A stretch of DNA of 64,000 nt from positions 13,120 to 77,119 of the forward strand of contig JAQBGV010000194.1 in assembly GCA_032128395.1 (NCBI GenBank). The letters are read 5' to 3'. Below are positions 29,539 through 38,464 of this stretch, in pieces. The notes beneath the pieces are model-generated. The model was not told the DNA's origin. It saw nothing but the letters and a program-made list of their open reading frames with translations, and searched no databases. Made by a program: the position numbers and the translations under genes. The DNA comes from Planctomycetota bacterium (lineage in GTDB: Bacteria; Planctomycetota; UBA8108; UBA1146). Numbering within the stretch: the stretch's first letter is position 1; every line of letters begins with the position of its first letter.

Positions 29539-30845
29539 CCGCGGAGCTCCTTCCCACACCAGGCGCAGTGGTCCCAGAACTCCCGCGCGACCCCGTGCTC
29601 ACAGCGGGAACATCGCTTCCCACGCTGTTTCAGCAGCCAGGTCCGCTGCACCTTCCACTTGCACCACGGGCAGTAGCGGCTGAACGCGAAGAGGACCTTG
29701 CGGTCGCACGATGGGTTGCGGCAGCGCGCAGTGTACTCTCGATCGGAATACTCGCGCTCGGACGCCGGCCCGATCGCCGGACCGAAACACCAGGCACAGA
29801 ACTTCCAGTCGAGCTTGACCCCACGCTCGCACCGCGGGCAGCGGGCGGGCAAGCGTGTGTCGACGCGGAGTTTCTTCAGTTCGCGATCGCACCAGGGGCA
29901 AAAGTGCATCGACTCGTGGATCGGCCCGTCGCAGCCGGGACAGGGACGAAGTGGGCGGAGTCCTTTGTAGGCGCGAGCGAATTCGCGGAATCTCGCGGTC
30001 TTCCAGCGGTTGCTCGGCTGCGTCCGGCGGGGGCGTCGCCTCACCGGACGCAGCGCCTTGGAACGAACCCGACGCCAGCTGAGGCGGAGCTGCTCCGCAT
30101 CGCGGAACCGCTTCCTGTCGTCGAGCTTGAGAGCGCGCTCGAGCAGATGGATGAGTTCGGGGTGAACCCTTGTCCGGAGCCGTGAGGCGCCGTCGGCGGG
30201 CCAGTCGAACGGCCAGATCGGCAACAGGCCGGTGAGCATCTGCCAGAACACCAGACCGAGGGAGAAGACATCGCTTCGCGGCGAGGGACGTCCGAGTGCC
30301 TGGTCGGGGGCGACGTACCCGACCGTGCCGGAACCGGACCCCGACAGGGTGTGCTGCGCGAATCGAGCGATCCCGAAGTCGGCGAGACGGATCTGGCCAC
30401 CGGCGAACAGGATGAAATTCTCGGGTTTGACGTCGCAGTGGATCACGCCCTGTCGATGGGCGTACGCGAGCGCCTCGATCATCGGGTCGAAGAGTTCCAG
30501 CGCGTCCCTGAGCGCCATCCGCTTCTCGAGCCGATCTCCCAAGGTCGACGAACCGAGAGGAGAGACGATCACGAAGTGGCCATCGATCTGACCCGCGGTC
30601 TTGATCGGAAGGATGTTCGGGTGGTCGAGGCTCGCAGTGACCCGCACCTCCTTGCGAAAGTCGCGGAACACGCCGGCCGTGACCAGATGGGCATGTGGGA
30701 TCTTCAGTGCGACGCGAATCCCCTCGACCGTGTCGTACGCGCGATACACGGTCGCGAATCCGCCGCGAGCGAGCCGCTGTTCGACCCGGTACTGGCCGAG
30801 TCTCTGGCGGATGCGGATCGGTCGTGATGTCCCGGGCCCTGGCAT
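29535..30845 (-). CDS. Ser/Thr protein kinase with C-terminal zinc-ribbon repeats
   Basis: RGGFATVY, VALK, HCDVKPEN, DFG, SDVFSLG; eight Cys pairs in the C-terminus. Confidence 0.93.
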   Translation of the reverse strand: MPGPGTSRPIRIRQRLGQYRVEQRLARGGFATVYRAYDTVEGIRVALKIPHAHLVTAGVFRDFRKEVRVTASLDHPNILPIKTAGQIDGHFVIVSPLGSSTLGDRLEKRMALRDALELFDPMIEALAYAHRQGVIHCDVKPENFILFAGGQIRLADFGIARFAQHTLSGSGSGTVGYVAPDQALGRPSPRSDVFSLGLVFWQMLTGLLPIWPFDWPADGASRLRTRVHPELIHLLERALKLDDRKRFRDAEQLRLSWRRVRSKALRPVRRRPRRTQPSNRWKTARFREFARAYKGLRPLRPCPGCDGPIHESMHFCPWCDRELKKLRVDTRLPARCPRCERGVKLDWKFCAWCFGPAIGPASEREYSDREYTARCRNPSCDRKVLFAFSRYCPWCKWKVQRTWLLKQRGKRCSRCEHGVAREFWDHCAWCGKELRG

Positions 30846-30985
30846 GATCTCCCCTCGATCGAGCCGAAGAGTCTATCGGGGAGCGGAGGAACTCGGGTAG
30901 GGGTCCCCCCCGAGAATCAGCGTGTCGGCGATCCACCGTCCGGGTACCATCCGCGGACACCGCGAAATGACGAGAGGTTGGGGGA

Positions 30986-31795
30986 ATGATCGCACCGAGG
31001 CTCATCACCATCGTTCTGCTCGCACTCCCCGTCCTGACGAGCGGCTGCAGTCTCACCGGCGGTTCCGCGTGGAACGGGGTCCACATCTCCGGTGCCGCCG
31101 GGTACATGGAGACCGAACTCGACGGAAGCCTCGACACCACGATCGAGCGAACCCCGGGGATCCCCGTCACGACGGGCTTCGATTTCGAGGGCAACGGCGG
31201 GCAGAAAGGCAAGGAGTCGACCGTCTACCTCGCCGGCGCGGTGGGGCTCGCTCCGCTCGAGCTCAGAGTGAGTGGCTTCCAGTACCAGCAGAACTCCACC
31301 GGCACGTTCACGGGCGAGTTCCTCGACACCACGTTCACCGGCATGGTCGAATCTGAGTTCGATATCGGTGCGTATCAGGCCACTCTCGGATTCGACATTC
31401 TGAATCTCGAACGATTCCGGGTGGGGATCCTCGCCGGGGCGACGATCCTGGATCTCGATCTCGGCCTGTCCGATGTCACGTTTCCCGGGACCGAAGAATC
31501 GGTCGACGAGATACTCCCGATCCCCGTCGTCGGGGTGCGGGCCGATATCAAGATCACGGGATTCCTCCGCGTCGGAGCGACCGGGACGTTCTTTCCCCTC
31601 GAGGATATCGAAGACTTCGACGTCCGCTTCATGGACCTGGAAGGTGGGATTTATCTCGAACCCGTCTCCTACCTCGAGATCTTCGCGATCTATCGATCGA
31701 TCTCGCTCGAGGGGGAGGGTGAGATCGACAACGTCATCGCCGATTTCGACATCGAACTCAGTGGGCCGGTCTTCGGGGTGGCGGTGACTTTCTAG
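30986..31795 (+). CDS. Putative lipoprotein / outer-membrane beta-barrel
   Basis: Lipobox LTSGC, amphipathic strands, PIPVVG, C-terminal GPVFGVAVTF. Confidence 0.7.
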   Translation: MIAPRLITIVLLALPVLTSGCSLTGGSAWNGVHISGAAGYMETELDGSLDTTIERTPGIPVTTGFDFEGNGGQKGKESTVYLAGAVGLAPLELRVSGFQYQQNSTGTFTGEFLDTTFTGMVESEFDIGAYQATLGFDILNLERFRVGILAGATILDLDLGLSDVTFPGTEESVDEILPIPVVGVRADIKITGFLRVGATGTFFPLEDIEDFDVRFMDLEGGIYLEPVSYLEIFAIYRSISLEGEGEIDNVIADFDIELSGPVFGVAVTF

Positions 31796-31844
31796 GCGAA
31801 GGCGTGGAGCAGAGGGAGAAGTCGCGACCGAGCGAGCTCGGCTC

Positions 31845-33185
31845 CTACGTCACCAGCACGCCCGCCGGGTCCGGTTGCTCCCATGCGGCAGCGGCGATCG
31901 ACGCGAGCTTCGGCTCGGCCATCGCCCAGAGTCGGGGCCGGATCTCGGCCAGCTGCGCCAGGAACTCGGCCGGCTGCGAATTTCGAGGGAACGCGACCTC
32001 CCGGTGGCGCTGCGCTGCGAGAGATGCGACCGAGACGACCCACTCGTCGGGGCGCGCCACCTTCTGCGGATCCTCGCACGCCTCGACGACTCGGCCGATC
32101 CAAGCCGGCAACCCCCACTGCCGCACGATCGCACCTCCGAGTTCGGCGTGGTCGAAGCCGAACAGATCACGCTCCGCCTCTGCCCAACGGCATCGCGTCG
32201 CGAGCACCTGTTCCCGCACCGCGAAATGATCGAGGCGTGGGCTCGCCACCGCGGCGAGGATCCCGACCATGTGCAGAATTCCGGCGATCCCAGGATCACT
32301 GTTCCGCGGCAGACCGATCGCGGCTCCGATCTCGCGCGAGGCGAATCCCGTGGCGAGGGAGAGCGACCAGCAATCGCGCGACACCAGGTCCTCCCGCTTC
32401 AGGAGAACCTCCGAGACCGAGGCACCGAGGCAGATCGAGCCGAGATCGCGAAGGCCGAGCAGGGCGCACGCGTCGGAGACGGTGCTGACCGACTTCTTCA
32501 ACCCGTAGTAGGCGGAGTTCACGACTTTGAGTACCGAGCTCGAGAGCCCCGGGTCGGTCTCGACGACCCTCGCGATCTGCTTCACCGTCGCTTCGGAATC
32601 GCCGAGGAGCTCGAGGACCTGGTGGGTGGCCGCCCGGAAGACGGGCACACGGACTCCCTGCATCCGCGGATCGGCGAGGCGGATCGCTTCGGAGATGGCG
32701 CGGAGGGGACGCGGCCCGGAGATCGCAGCGACCTCGGGAGGTGCGGCGGTAGCGGCCGGGGCAGGAACGGGAGCGGCTCGGAAACGTCCGGCGTCCTCGA
32801 GCACCTGCCGGACCCGTTCCCGAACGAGCTGGGGTCGCACCGGCTTGAGCAACAGGTCGGCGACCCCGAGCTGACGCGATTTTTCGACCTGAGCCTCATC
32901 CGCGATCGAAGTGATCAGCATCACGGGGATGTCGGTGGCACCGAGGTCATTTCTCAGCCGACGGATGAGGTCGAAGCCGGAGAGCCCCGGGAAGGAGATC
33001 TCGCTGATCACGAGGTCGAACCCACCGCGCGAGAGCTCAGCGAGCGCTTCGCGGACGTCAGCTGCGGTGCGGATCTGGTATTGATCGGGGTGGAGGGTTC
33101 GCTCGAGGGTCCGCAGGAAGATGCGGTTCCCATCGACGAGGAGAATCCGCGGCGAGTCGGCTCTGGCGCCGCGCGGGCCCGGCAT
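31845..33185 (-). CDS. Receiver-domain + HDOD-domain signalling protein
   Basis: ILLVD, PGLSG and KP receiver motifs; HDOD motifs DPGLSSSVLKVVNSAYYG, ILHMVG and FGFDHAELG. Confidence 0.88.
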   Translation of the reverse strand: MPGPRGARADSPRILLVDGNRIFLRTLERTLHPDQYQIRTAADVREALAELSRGGFDLVISEISFPGLSGFDLIRRLRNDLGATDIPVMLITSIADEAQVEKSRQLGVADLLLKPVRPQLVRERVRQVLEDAGRFRAAPVPAPAATAAPPEVAAISGPRPLRAISEAIRLADPRMQGVRVPVFRAATHQVLELLGDSEATVKQIARVVETDPGLSSSVLKVVNSAYYGLKKSVSTVSDACALLGLRDLGSICLGASVSEVLLKREDLVSRDCWSLSLATGFASREIGAAIGLPRNSDPGIAGILHMVGILAAVASPRLDHFAVREQVLATRCRWAEAERDLFGFDHAELGGAIVRQWGLPAWIGRVVEACEDPQKVARPDEWVVSVASLAAQRHREVAFPRNSQPAEFLAQLAEIRPRLWAMAEPKLASIAAAAWEQPDPAGVLVT

Positions 33186-33327
33186 AGGACTCCTCCTCCC
33201 GAAATGGAATTCCCCTGGCTCCGCACGTCATCCAAGAGTCGCATCCGGAGCCGACATCGCCGATCCGCCCACTCTCCCGATCACGCTAAGTGACAACGCC
33301 TGCGTAGCTTGTGGGAGCATCCCGCGA

Positions 33328-34720
33328 TCACCGGAGCCCGATCCGAAGTGCGAGATCGGAGACGAATCGCCGCCCAGGATCGAGGAGTACGAGGGTATCG
33401 CGAAAGGCCGGGAGCGAAGGAGTCATCGCCTCGAAGCGCTCCGCGGTGATCCCCGCATCCTTCGCCAAGTAGATCGTGCCACCGCGGTCCGCCACCTCGG
33501 CATCGATCTCGTCGAGCAGTGCGTCGAGACCCGGGCGACGGGGGGAAGTCGAGGGCGAGGGTGAGACCCGGGCGTGGGAAAGAGATTCCCCCCCGTCCTT
33601 CGCCGAGGCCCTTCAGCACAGCGAGAGTCGGCGGATGATTTCGGTCGCGCAGTCGATCGAGAATCGAGCGCACCCCCGCCGCAGACTCTTCGGATGGGAG
33701 CACGCACTGGTGCTGGCGAAACCCCCGACGCCCGTAGAAACGGTTCCATTCGCGCACCCGATCGAGGGGGAAGAAGAACTGGTGCCACGGTTCGATCTTC
33801 GTCTCTCCCGATCGACGGGTCGCCCAGCTGAACCGCTTGCCATTCAGCAGACGCACGCCGCCACGCCAGAGCAGCCCGTCTCCCAGAAAGGGAAACGGTG
33901 CCGAGCGAGTCGGCGGGACGTCGAACGGGTGGCCGCGCGCGCTCGGGGGGAGATCCGAGAGTTCGGCGTGGTCTCCCCCGATCACGATGCCGCGGCCGAA
34001 TCCAGCCCCACTCGCGAACGCATCGATCCAGGCGACGGTGTAGCGCCAGCGCTCCTCTGCCCACAAGAGGAGCTCGACCGATTCGTCGAGGTCCCGAGCT
34101 GTCCGGGCCTCGCTGCGCATCCAACTCGAAGGAACGGGAACGAGCGAGAGTTCGATCTCCTCGATCAGGCCGGTCAGACCCATCCCCCCGATGGTGAGCT
34201 CGAGCAGAGCAGCGGCGCTCGAGTCCCCCACGTCTAGGGTACGTCGTACTCCGTCCGCAGTGCGCAGGACGACGGTGCGCACGTGATGGCCGATCGACCC
34301 GTCGCGGTGGTGGTTCTTGCCGTGAATGTCCGCCGCGATCGCTCCACCGAGCGTGACCGCACCGGTGCCGGGGAGCACCGGGAGGAAGAGCCCATGCTCG
34401 AGCGCAGCTTCACTGGCACGGGCGACGGAGACCCCGGCGACGGCGCGTAGGGTGCCCGCGGCGGCATCGATCTGAACTTCGTGCGCGGGAGGGACCTGCA
34501 GAACGACCCCCGCCGAGGAGAGCGCCGCGTCCCCGTAGGAACGACCGGCCCCGCGCGCGATCACGCTCGGGGCTTCGGGGTCGGCGAGGAGGGATGCGAC
34601 GAGCGAGGGGTCGGCGCCGATGACCTGGCAGTTCGTGCGTGGGTATCTCCCCCACCCGGTGAGACTCTTCCGGTGCAGCTCGGGGGACCATGGCCCGACG
34701 GAAGAGCTCGATGGGACCAC
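33328..34720 (-). CDS. DprE1-like FAD-binding oxidoreductase with a +1 frameshift in a C6 run (33540-33545)
   Basis: ARGAGRSYGD, PVLPGT, DIHGKNHH, GGMGLTG, LAVLK and TLALDF. After the shift the C-terminus reads GGTIYLAKD...DPGRRFVSDLALRIGLR-stop at 33328. Confidence 0.85.
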
Positions 34721-34722
34721 CG

Positions 34723-35577
34723 CTACTCGACGAACTCCGGGTCGGGGCCATCGGGGACGATCCCCGCCTCGACTCCGCGCCGGAGGAAGCGACGCACCGC
34801 CTCACGACCGTCGTCGCCGTAGTCGAGGGTGCGGGCGTTGACGTACATCCCGACGAACTGGTCGGTCTGACTGCGGTCGAGACCGCGACCGTAGCCCTCT
34901 GCGTAGTCGAGCGCCTCCTCGCGGTGATCGAGAGCGTACGCGATGCTCGCGCGCAAGATCTGCGAGACCTCACGCATCCGCTCCGGTCCGAGGTCGCGAC
35001 GGATCGCGTTTCCGCCGAGCGGGAGCGGCAACCCGTCCTCTTCTTCCGCCCACCACTCCCCGAGATCTAGGATGCGGTGCAGCCCATCATCCGAGTAGGT
35101 GAGCTGGCCCTCGTGGATCACGACGCCCGCGTCGACCTGCCCATCTCTCACACGATCGATGATCTCGTCGAAGGGGACGACGGTGGTCCGCACTCCGGGG
35201 CTCCAAAGACGGAGCGCGAGAGCGGCGCTCGTCCATTCCCCCGGGATCGCGACGGTGCGCCCTTCGAGCGACTCTCGATCCCCCGGCTCCCGGGCGACCA
35301 CCACCGGTCCGTACCCCTCTCCCATACTCGCCCCGTGCGCGAGAAGTGCGTACCGTTCGCGAAGATGAGCGAAGCCGTGGATGGAGAGCGCCGTGACTTC
35401 GTAGCGCCCCTCGACCGCGCGGCGGTTCAAGGTCTCGATGTCGGCGAGCACGTGCTCGAACCGGTACGAGCCCGCGTCGACCCGCCCTTCCCCGATCGCA
35501 TAGTGCATGAACGCGTCATCGGAATCGGGGCTGTGGGCGATGGTGATGGAAGTGGTCGTCGGGGAAGCGTCAGGCAT
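34723..35577 (-). CDS. mqnD: 1,4-dihydroxy-6-naphthoate synthase (futalosine menaquinone pathway)
   Basis: HSPDSDDAFM, DIETLN, GYGP, IHEGQLTY, LPLPLG and MYVN motifs. Confidence 0.9.
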   Translation of the reverse strand: MPDASPTTTSITIAHSPDSDDAFMHYAIGEGRVDAGSYRFEHVLADIETLNRRAVEGRYEVTALSIHGFAHLRERYALLAHGASMGEGYGPVVVAREPGDRESLEGRTVAIPGEWTSAALALRLWSPGVRTTVVPFDEIIDRVRDGQVDAGVVIHEGQLTYSDDGLHRILDLGEWWAEEEDGLPLPLGGNAIRRDLGPERMREVSQILRASIAYALDHREEALDYAEGYGRGLDRSQTDQFVGMYVNARTLDYGDDGREAVRRFLRRGVEAGIVPDGPDPEFVE

Positions 35578-35661
35578 ACTCTCTCCTAGATGATCGAGGA
35601 GCGAGCACGATAGCGTGAGGATGCGAAACCGACCAGCCCAGGACCGGTCGAGGCCGGCACT

Positions 35662-36714
35662 CTAGACTGGTTTTCGTAGCACGAAGGTGAGCGTGGCGCC
35701 GGCATCCGGAAAGCGTCGGGCGAGCCAGCGCCCCCCCAGACGGAGGAGGCGGTTCTTCTTCTCGGCGTGGCCCGGGGTGGAGAGGTGGTCGTAGGTCTCG
35801 AGGTGGAGGAGTTCGTAGTCGGGGAGCCAGACGCGGCGAACCTTCTCGACATCGAGGCCGCGGTCCGGGTCGACTTCTCGCCCCGCGGTCGGGGAGTGGA
35901 AGTCGATCCACTGGACGAGCTCCTCACGGCTGGGCGCGGTCGTCACGGTCCCGGCGTCCACCAGTTTCTTGGCGACCTGGTCGAGGATCTCCTCCGTCTC
36001 CCGAGCCTTTTCGGCGACCCCACGCCCGCGCGCCTCGAGGAGCGCGCCGCGCAGCTTCGACCGCAGCCCGAACGCCCGCGCGAGCCGGTCGATGCGCAGC
36101 GCCTTCGCGACCGCGATCGCGCTGCCGATCGGATCACCGAACAGTTCGATCATCCGGGACCAGCGTCGGAGGCCGCGCTCGCGGTAATGGCGTAGATTCG
36201 GTTCGTGTCCGATGACGAGCAGCCCCCCCGGTCTCAGGATCCGATCGATCTGAGAGAAGAGGCGACGCAGGTCGGGGACGTGATGCACGACCGAGTTGCC
36301 GGTGACCACATCGAAACTCTTCGACGGGAACGGGTAGCTCACTCCGTCGACCGGCTCGTAGCGGAGGCGACAGGGGACCACTTCCGATTGCAGTCGCTCG
36401 CGCGCGATCGCGAGCATCGAGATCGAGAGATCGCTCAGCACGTACTCGTCCTCGGCTCGGAGGTAGGGGCCGACCGTCCTCGGCACGAAACCGGTGCCGG
36501 TGCCGATGTCGAGGTAATTCCGCGCTCGTCCCGGCCCCGAGAGCCACGTCTCGGCGATCGCGCGCCAGCGGGCGGCCTCGGCGACGAAGATCTCGTCGTG
36601 CTTCTCCTCGTACCGCACCCCTTCGAGGTCGTGGAAGATGCGGTTCACCTCGATGATGAGGCGCTCGGACGAGATCTTCTTGGTCGCGGTGGAGGGCGGG
36701 CGCGGCGTGGTCAT
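35662..36714 (-). CDS. Class I SAM-dependent methyltransferase
   Basis: LDIGTGTG, SFDVV, VHHVPD and LRPGG motifs. Confidence 0.88.
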   Translation of the reverse strand: MTTPRPPSTATKKISSERLIIEVNRIFHDLEGVRYEEKHDEIFVAEAARWRAIAETWLSGPGRARNYLDIGTGTGFVPRTVGPYLRAEDEYVLSDLSISMLAIARERLQSEVVPCRLRYEPVDGVSYPFPSKSFDVVTGNSVVHHVPDLRRLFSQIDRILRPGGLLVIGHEPNLRHYRERGLRRWSRMIELFGDPIGSAIAVAKALRIDRLARAFGLRSKLRGALLEARGRGVAEKARETEEILDQVAKKLVDAGTVTTAPSREELVQWIDFHSPTAGREVDPDRGLDVEKVRRVWLPDYELLHLETYDHLSTPGHAEKKNRLLRLGGRWLARRFPDAGATLTFVLRKPV

Positions 36715-36716
36715 GG

Positions 36717-37925
36717 TCACCTCGCCATCTCGGAGTGCGGGGTGTCCACTAGGACTTCGACCGGTACGAGCGGATCGGTCTCGGCGGCGAAGGCGACCGG
36801 GTCGTCGCGGTAGACGGCGATCGTCTGGCGCGCGGCACGCTGCCACGAGTACGCCGGGTCGGCGACGCGCCGGTGGCCGCGGATGCGCAGCTCCTCACGC
36901 CACGCTTCGTCCTCCTCGAGTCGACGCATCCCCGCCGCCAGCGCTTCCGGGTCCTCGGGATCGACGAGCGCGGCGGCGTCCCCCACCACCTCCGGACACG
37001 ATGTGCGGTCGCTGACGAGCATCGGAAGCCCACACGCCATCGCTTCGAGCGGCGGGAGCCCGAAGCCCTCGTAGAGGGACGGGTAGATCCCCCACCGTGC
37101 AGCGGTGAGGAGGGCCGCGAGTTCATCGGGGTAACGGACCGAGGCGGATCGCACTGCCAGGTCGAGCCCGAGGGCTGTGACGACCGCTCGAGCCTCCGCC
37201 GGGAGCGACTTCGGGCCGGTGAGGAGGAGGGTCGGCCGCGACTTGGGGTCGGGGAATGCGGCGGAAAACGCCCGCAGGCACGCCGGGATGTTCTTCCGCG
37301 GGGTGATCGTCCCGACCGGGTAGATCGCGAACGCGCCTTCGATGCCGAGCTTCCGTCGCACCTTCTGCTGCACGCTCGCCGCAGCGGGAGAGAAGCGGGG
37401 ATCCACGCCGTGCGGAACCACCCAGACCCGCTCCGGATCGACATCGCACGCCGAGACCAGGTCCTCTTTCGAGCGATGGGCGAGGGCGATCACTCGATCC
37501 GCACGGCGGAGCGAGTGGCGCAGCAAGGTGCGATAGCCGTAATCGTTGCCACGTGGGTCGTCGTAGAGATCGGGACGACGGAGGTACGCGACATCGTGGA
37601 CGGTGAGGACGGTGGGGACTCCCGAGCGGGCGCGCGGCAGCGAGAAGTGCGTGCCGTGGACGACGTCGACCGGTCCGGTGGTGCGCTCGACCTTCGGCCA
37701 CCCGAAGTGATTCTCGAGGAAATCGAGCATGCGACGGGATCCGCGCATCGGGACCGCGCGGACCCGATCCGGGAGATCCGGGCGAAACTCCGCAGTGCGC
37801 CCGCGCAGCAGCATCTGGACCTCGAGACGGGGCTCCACCGCGACGAGGGCCGGAATCAGGTTCTCGAGATAGCTGCGGACCCCGCCGGGAATCGCCCAGT
37901 GGGACCCGTCGATCGCGAGGCGCAT
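36717..37925 (-). CDS. Glycosyltransferase family 4
   Basis: TVHD, VGTITPRKN and PSLYEGFGLPPLEAMACG motifs. Confidence 0.93.
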   Translation of the reverse strand: MRLAIDGSHWAIPGGVRSYLENLIPALVAVEPRLEVQMLLRGRTAEFRPDLPDRVRAVPMRGSRRMLDFLENHFGWPKVERTTGPVDVVHGTHFSLPRARSGVPTVLTVHDVAYLRRPDLYDDPRGNDYGYRTLLRHSLRRADRVIALAHRSKEDLVSACDVDPERVWVVPHGVDPRFSPAAASVQQKVRRKLGIEGAFAIYPVGTITPRKNIPACLRAFSAAFPDPKSRPTLLLTGPKSLPAEARAVVTALGLDLAVRSASVRYPDELAALLTAARWGIYPSLYEGFGLPPLEAMACGLPMLVSDRTSCPEVVGDAAALVDPEDPEALAAGMRRLEEDEAWREELRIRGHRRVADPAYSWQRAARQTIAVYRDDPVAFAAETDPLVPVEVLVDTPHSEMAR

Positions 37926-38166
37926 CGGTTCTCCTTCTCCGGCCACACCGTGTCTTTCTCTTCGGCAGGATCGGGGGTCGGCTCCAGTGGGAAGAAGAGG
38001 ACTCCCATGTCCCGGGTTTCGGGGCGGGAAACGCCACGAGCCAAGGTTTACACCGGGGCCCGCGCTCCTATACTCCCCGACGGTCGAGCACCGCCCCCTC
38101 GGACGGCCCCCCAGAGAATCACGCTCGCGGCGGGACTCCGGCCAGGCAGAAGAATTGAGGACCGCG

Positions 38167-38397
38167 ATGGCTGATCCAGCGAATCGAGTGAGTTCGAACG
38201 TCCCCGGAAAGTGGTACGTCGATGTCGAGTGCATCGACTGCGATCTGTGCAGGACCACCGCTCCCGAGAACTTCAAAGCGAACGAGGACGAGGGCTATTC
38301 CTTCGTCTACAAGCAACCGACCTCCGCAGAGGAGGAGGAGCTCTGCCGGCAAGCGCTGGAAGAGTGTCCGGTGGAGGCGATCGGGAGCGACGGATAG
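38167..38397 (+). CDS. Monocluster ferredoxin
   Basis: CIDCDLC...CPVEAIG. ATG follows GAGGA. Confidence 0.93.
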   Translation: MADPANRVSSNVPGKWYVDVECIDCDLCRTTAPENFKANEDEGYSFVYKQPTSAEEEELCRQALEECPVEAIGSDG

Positions 38398-38464
38398 GGC
38401 GTGTCAGGGGACTGGCTCGCCGGAGGTGTAGCTGTCCCAGCTTCTCTGGCGTCTCTCCGACAGT

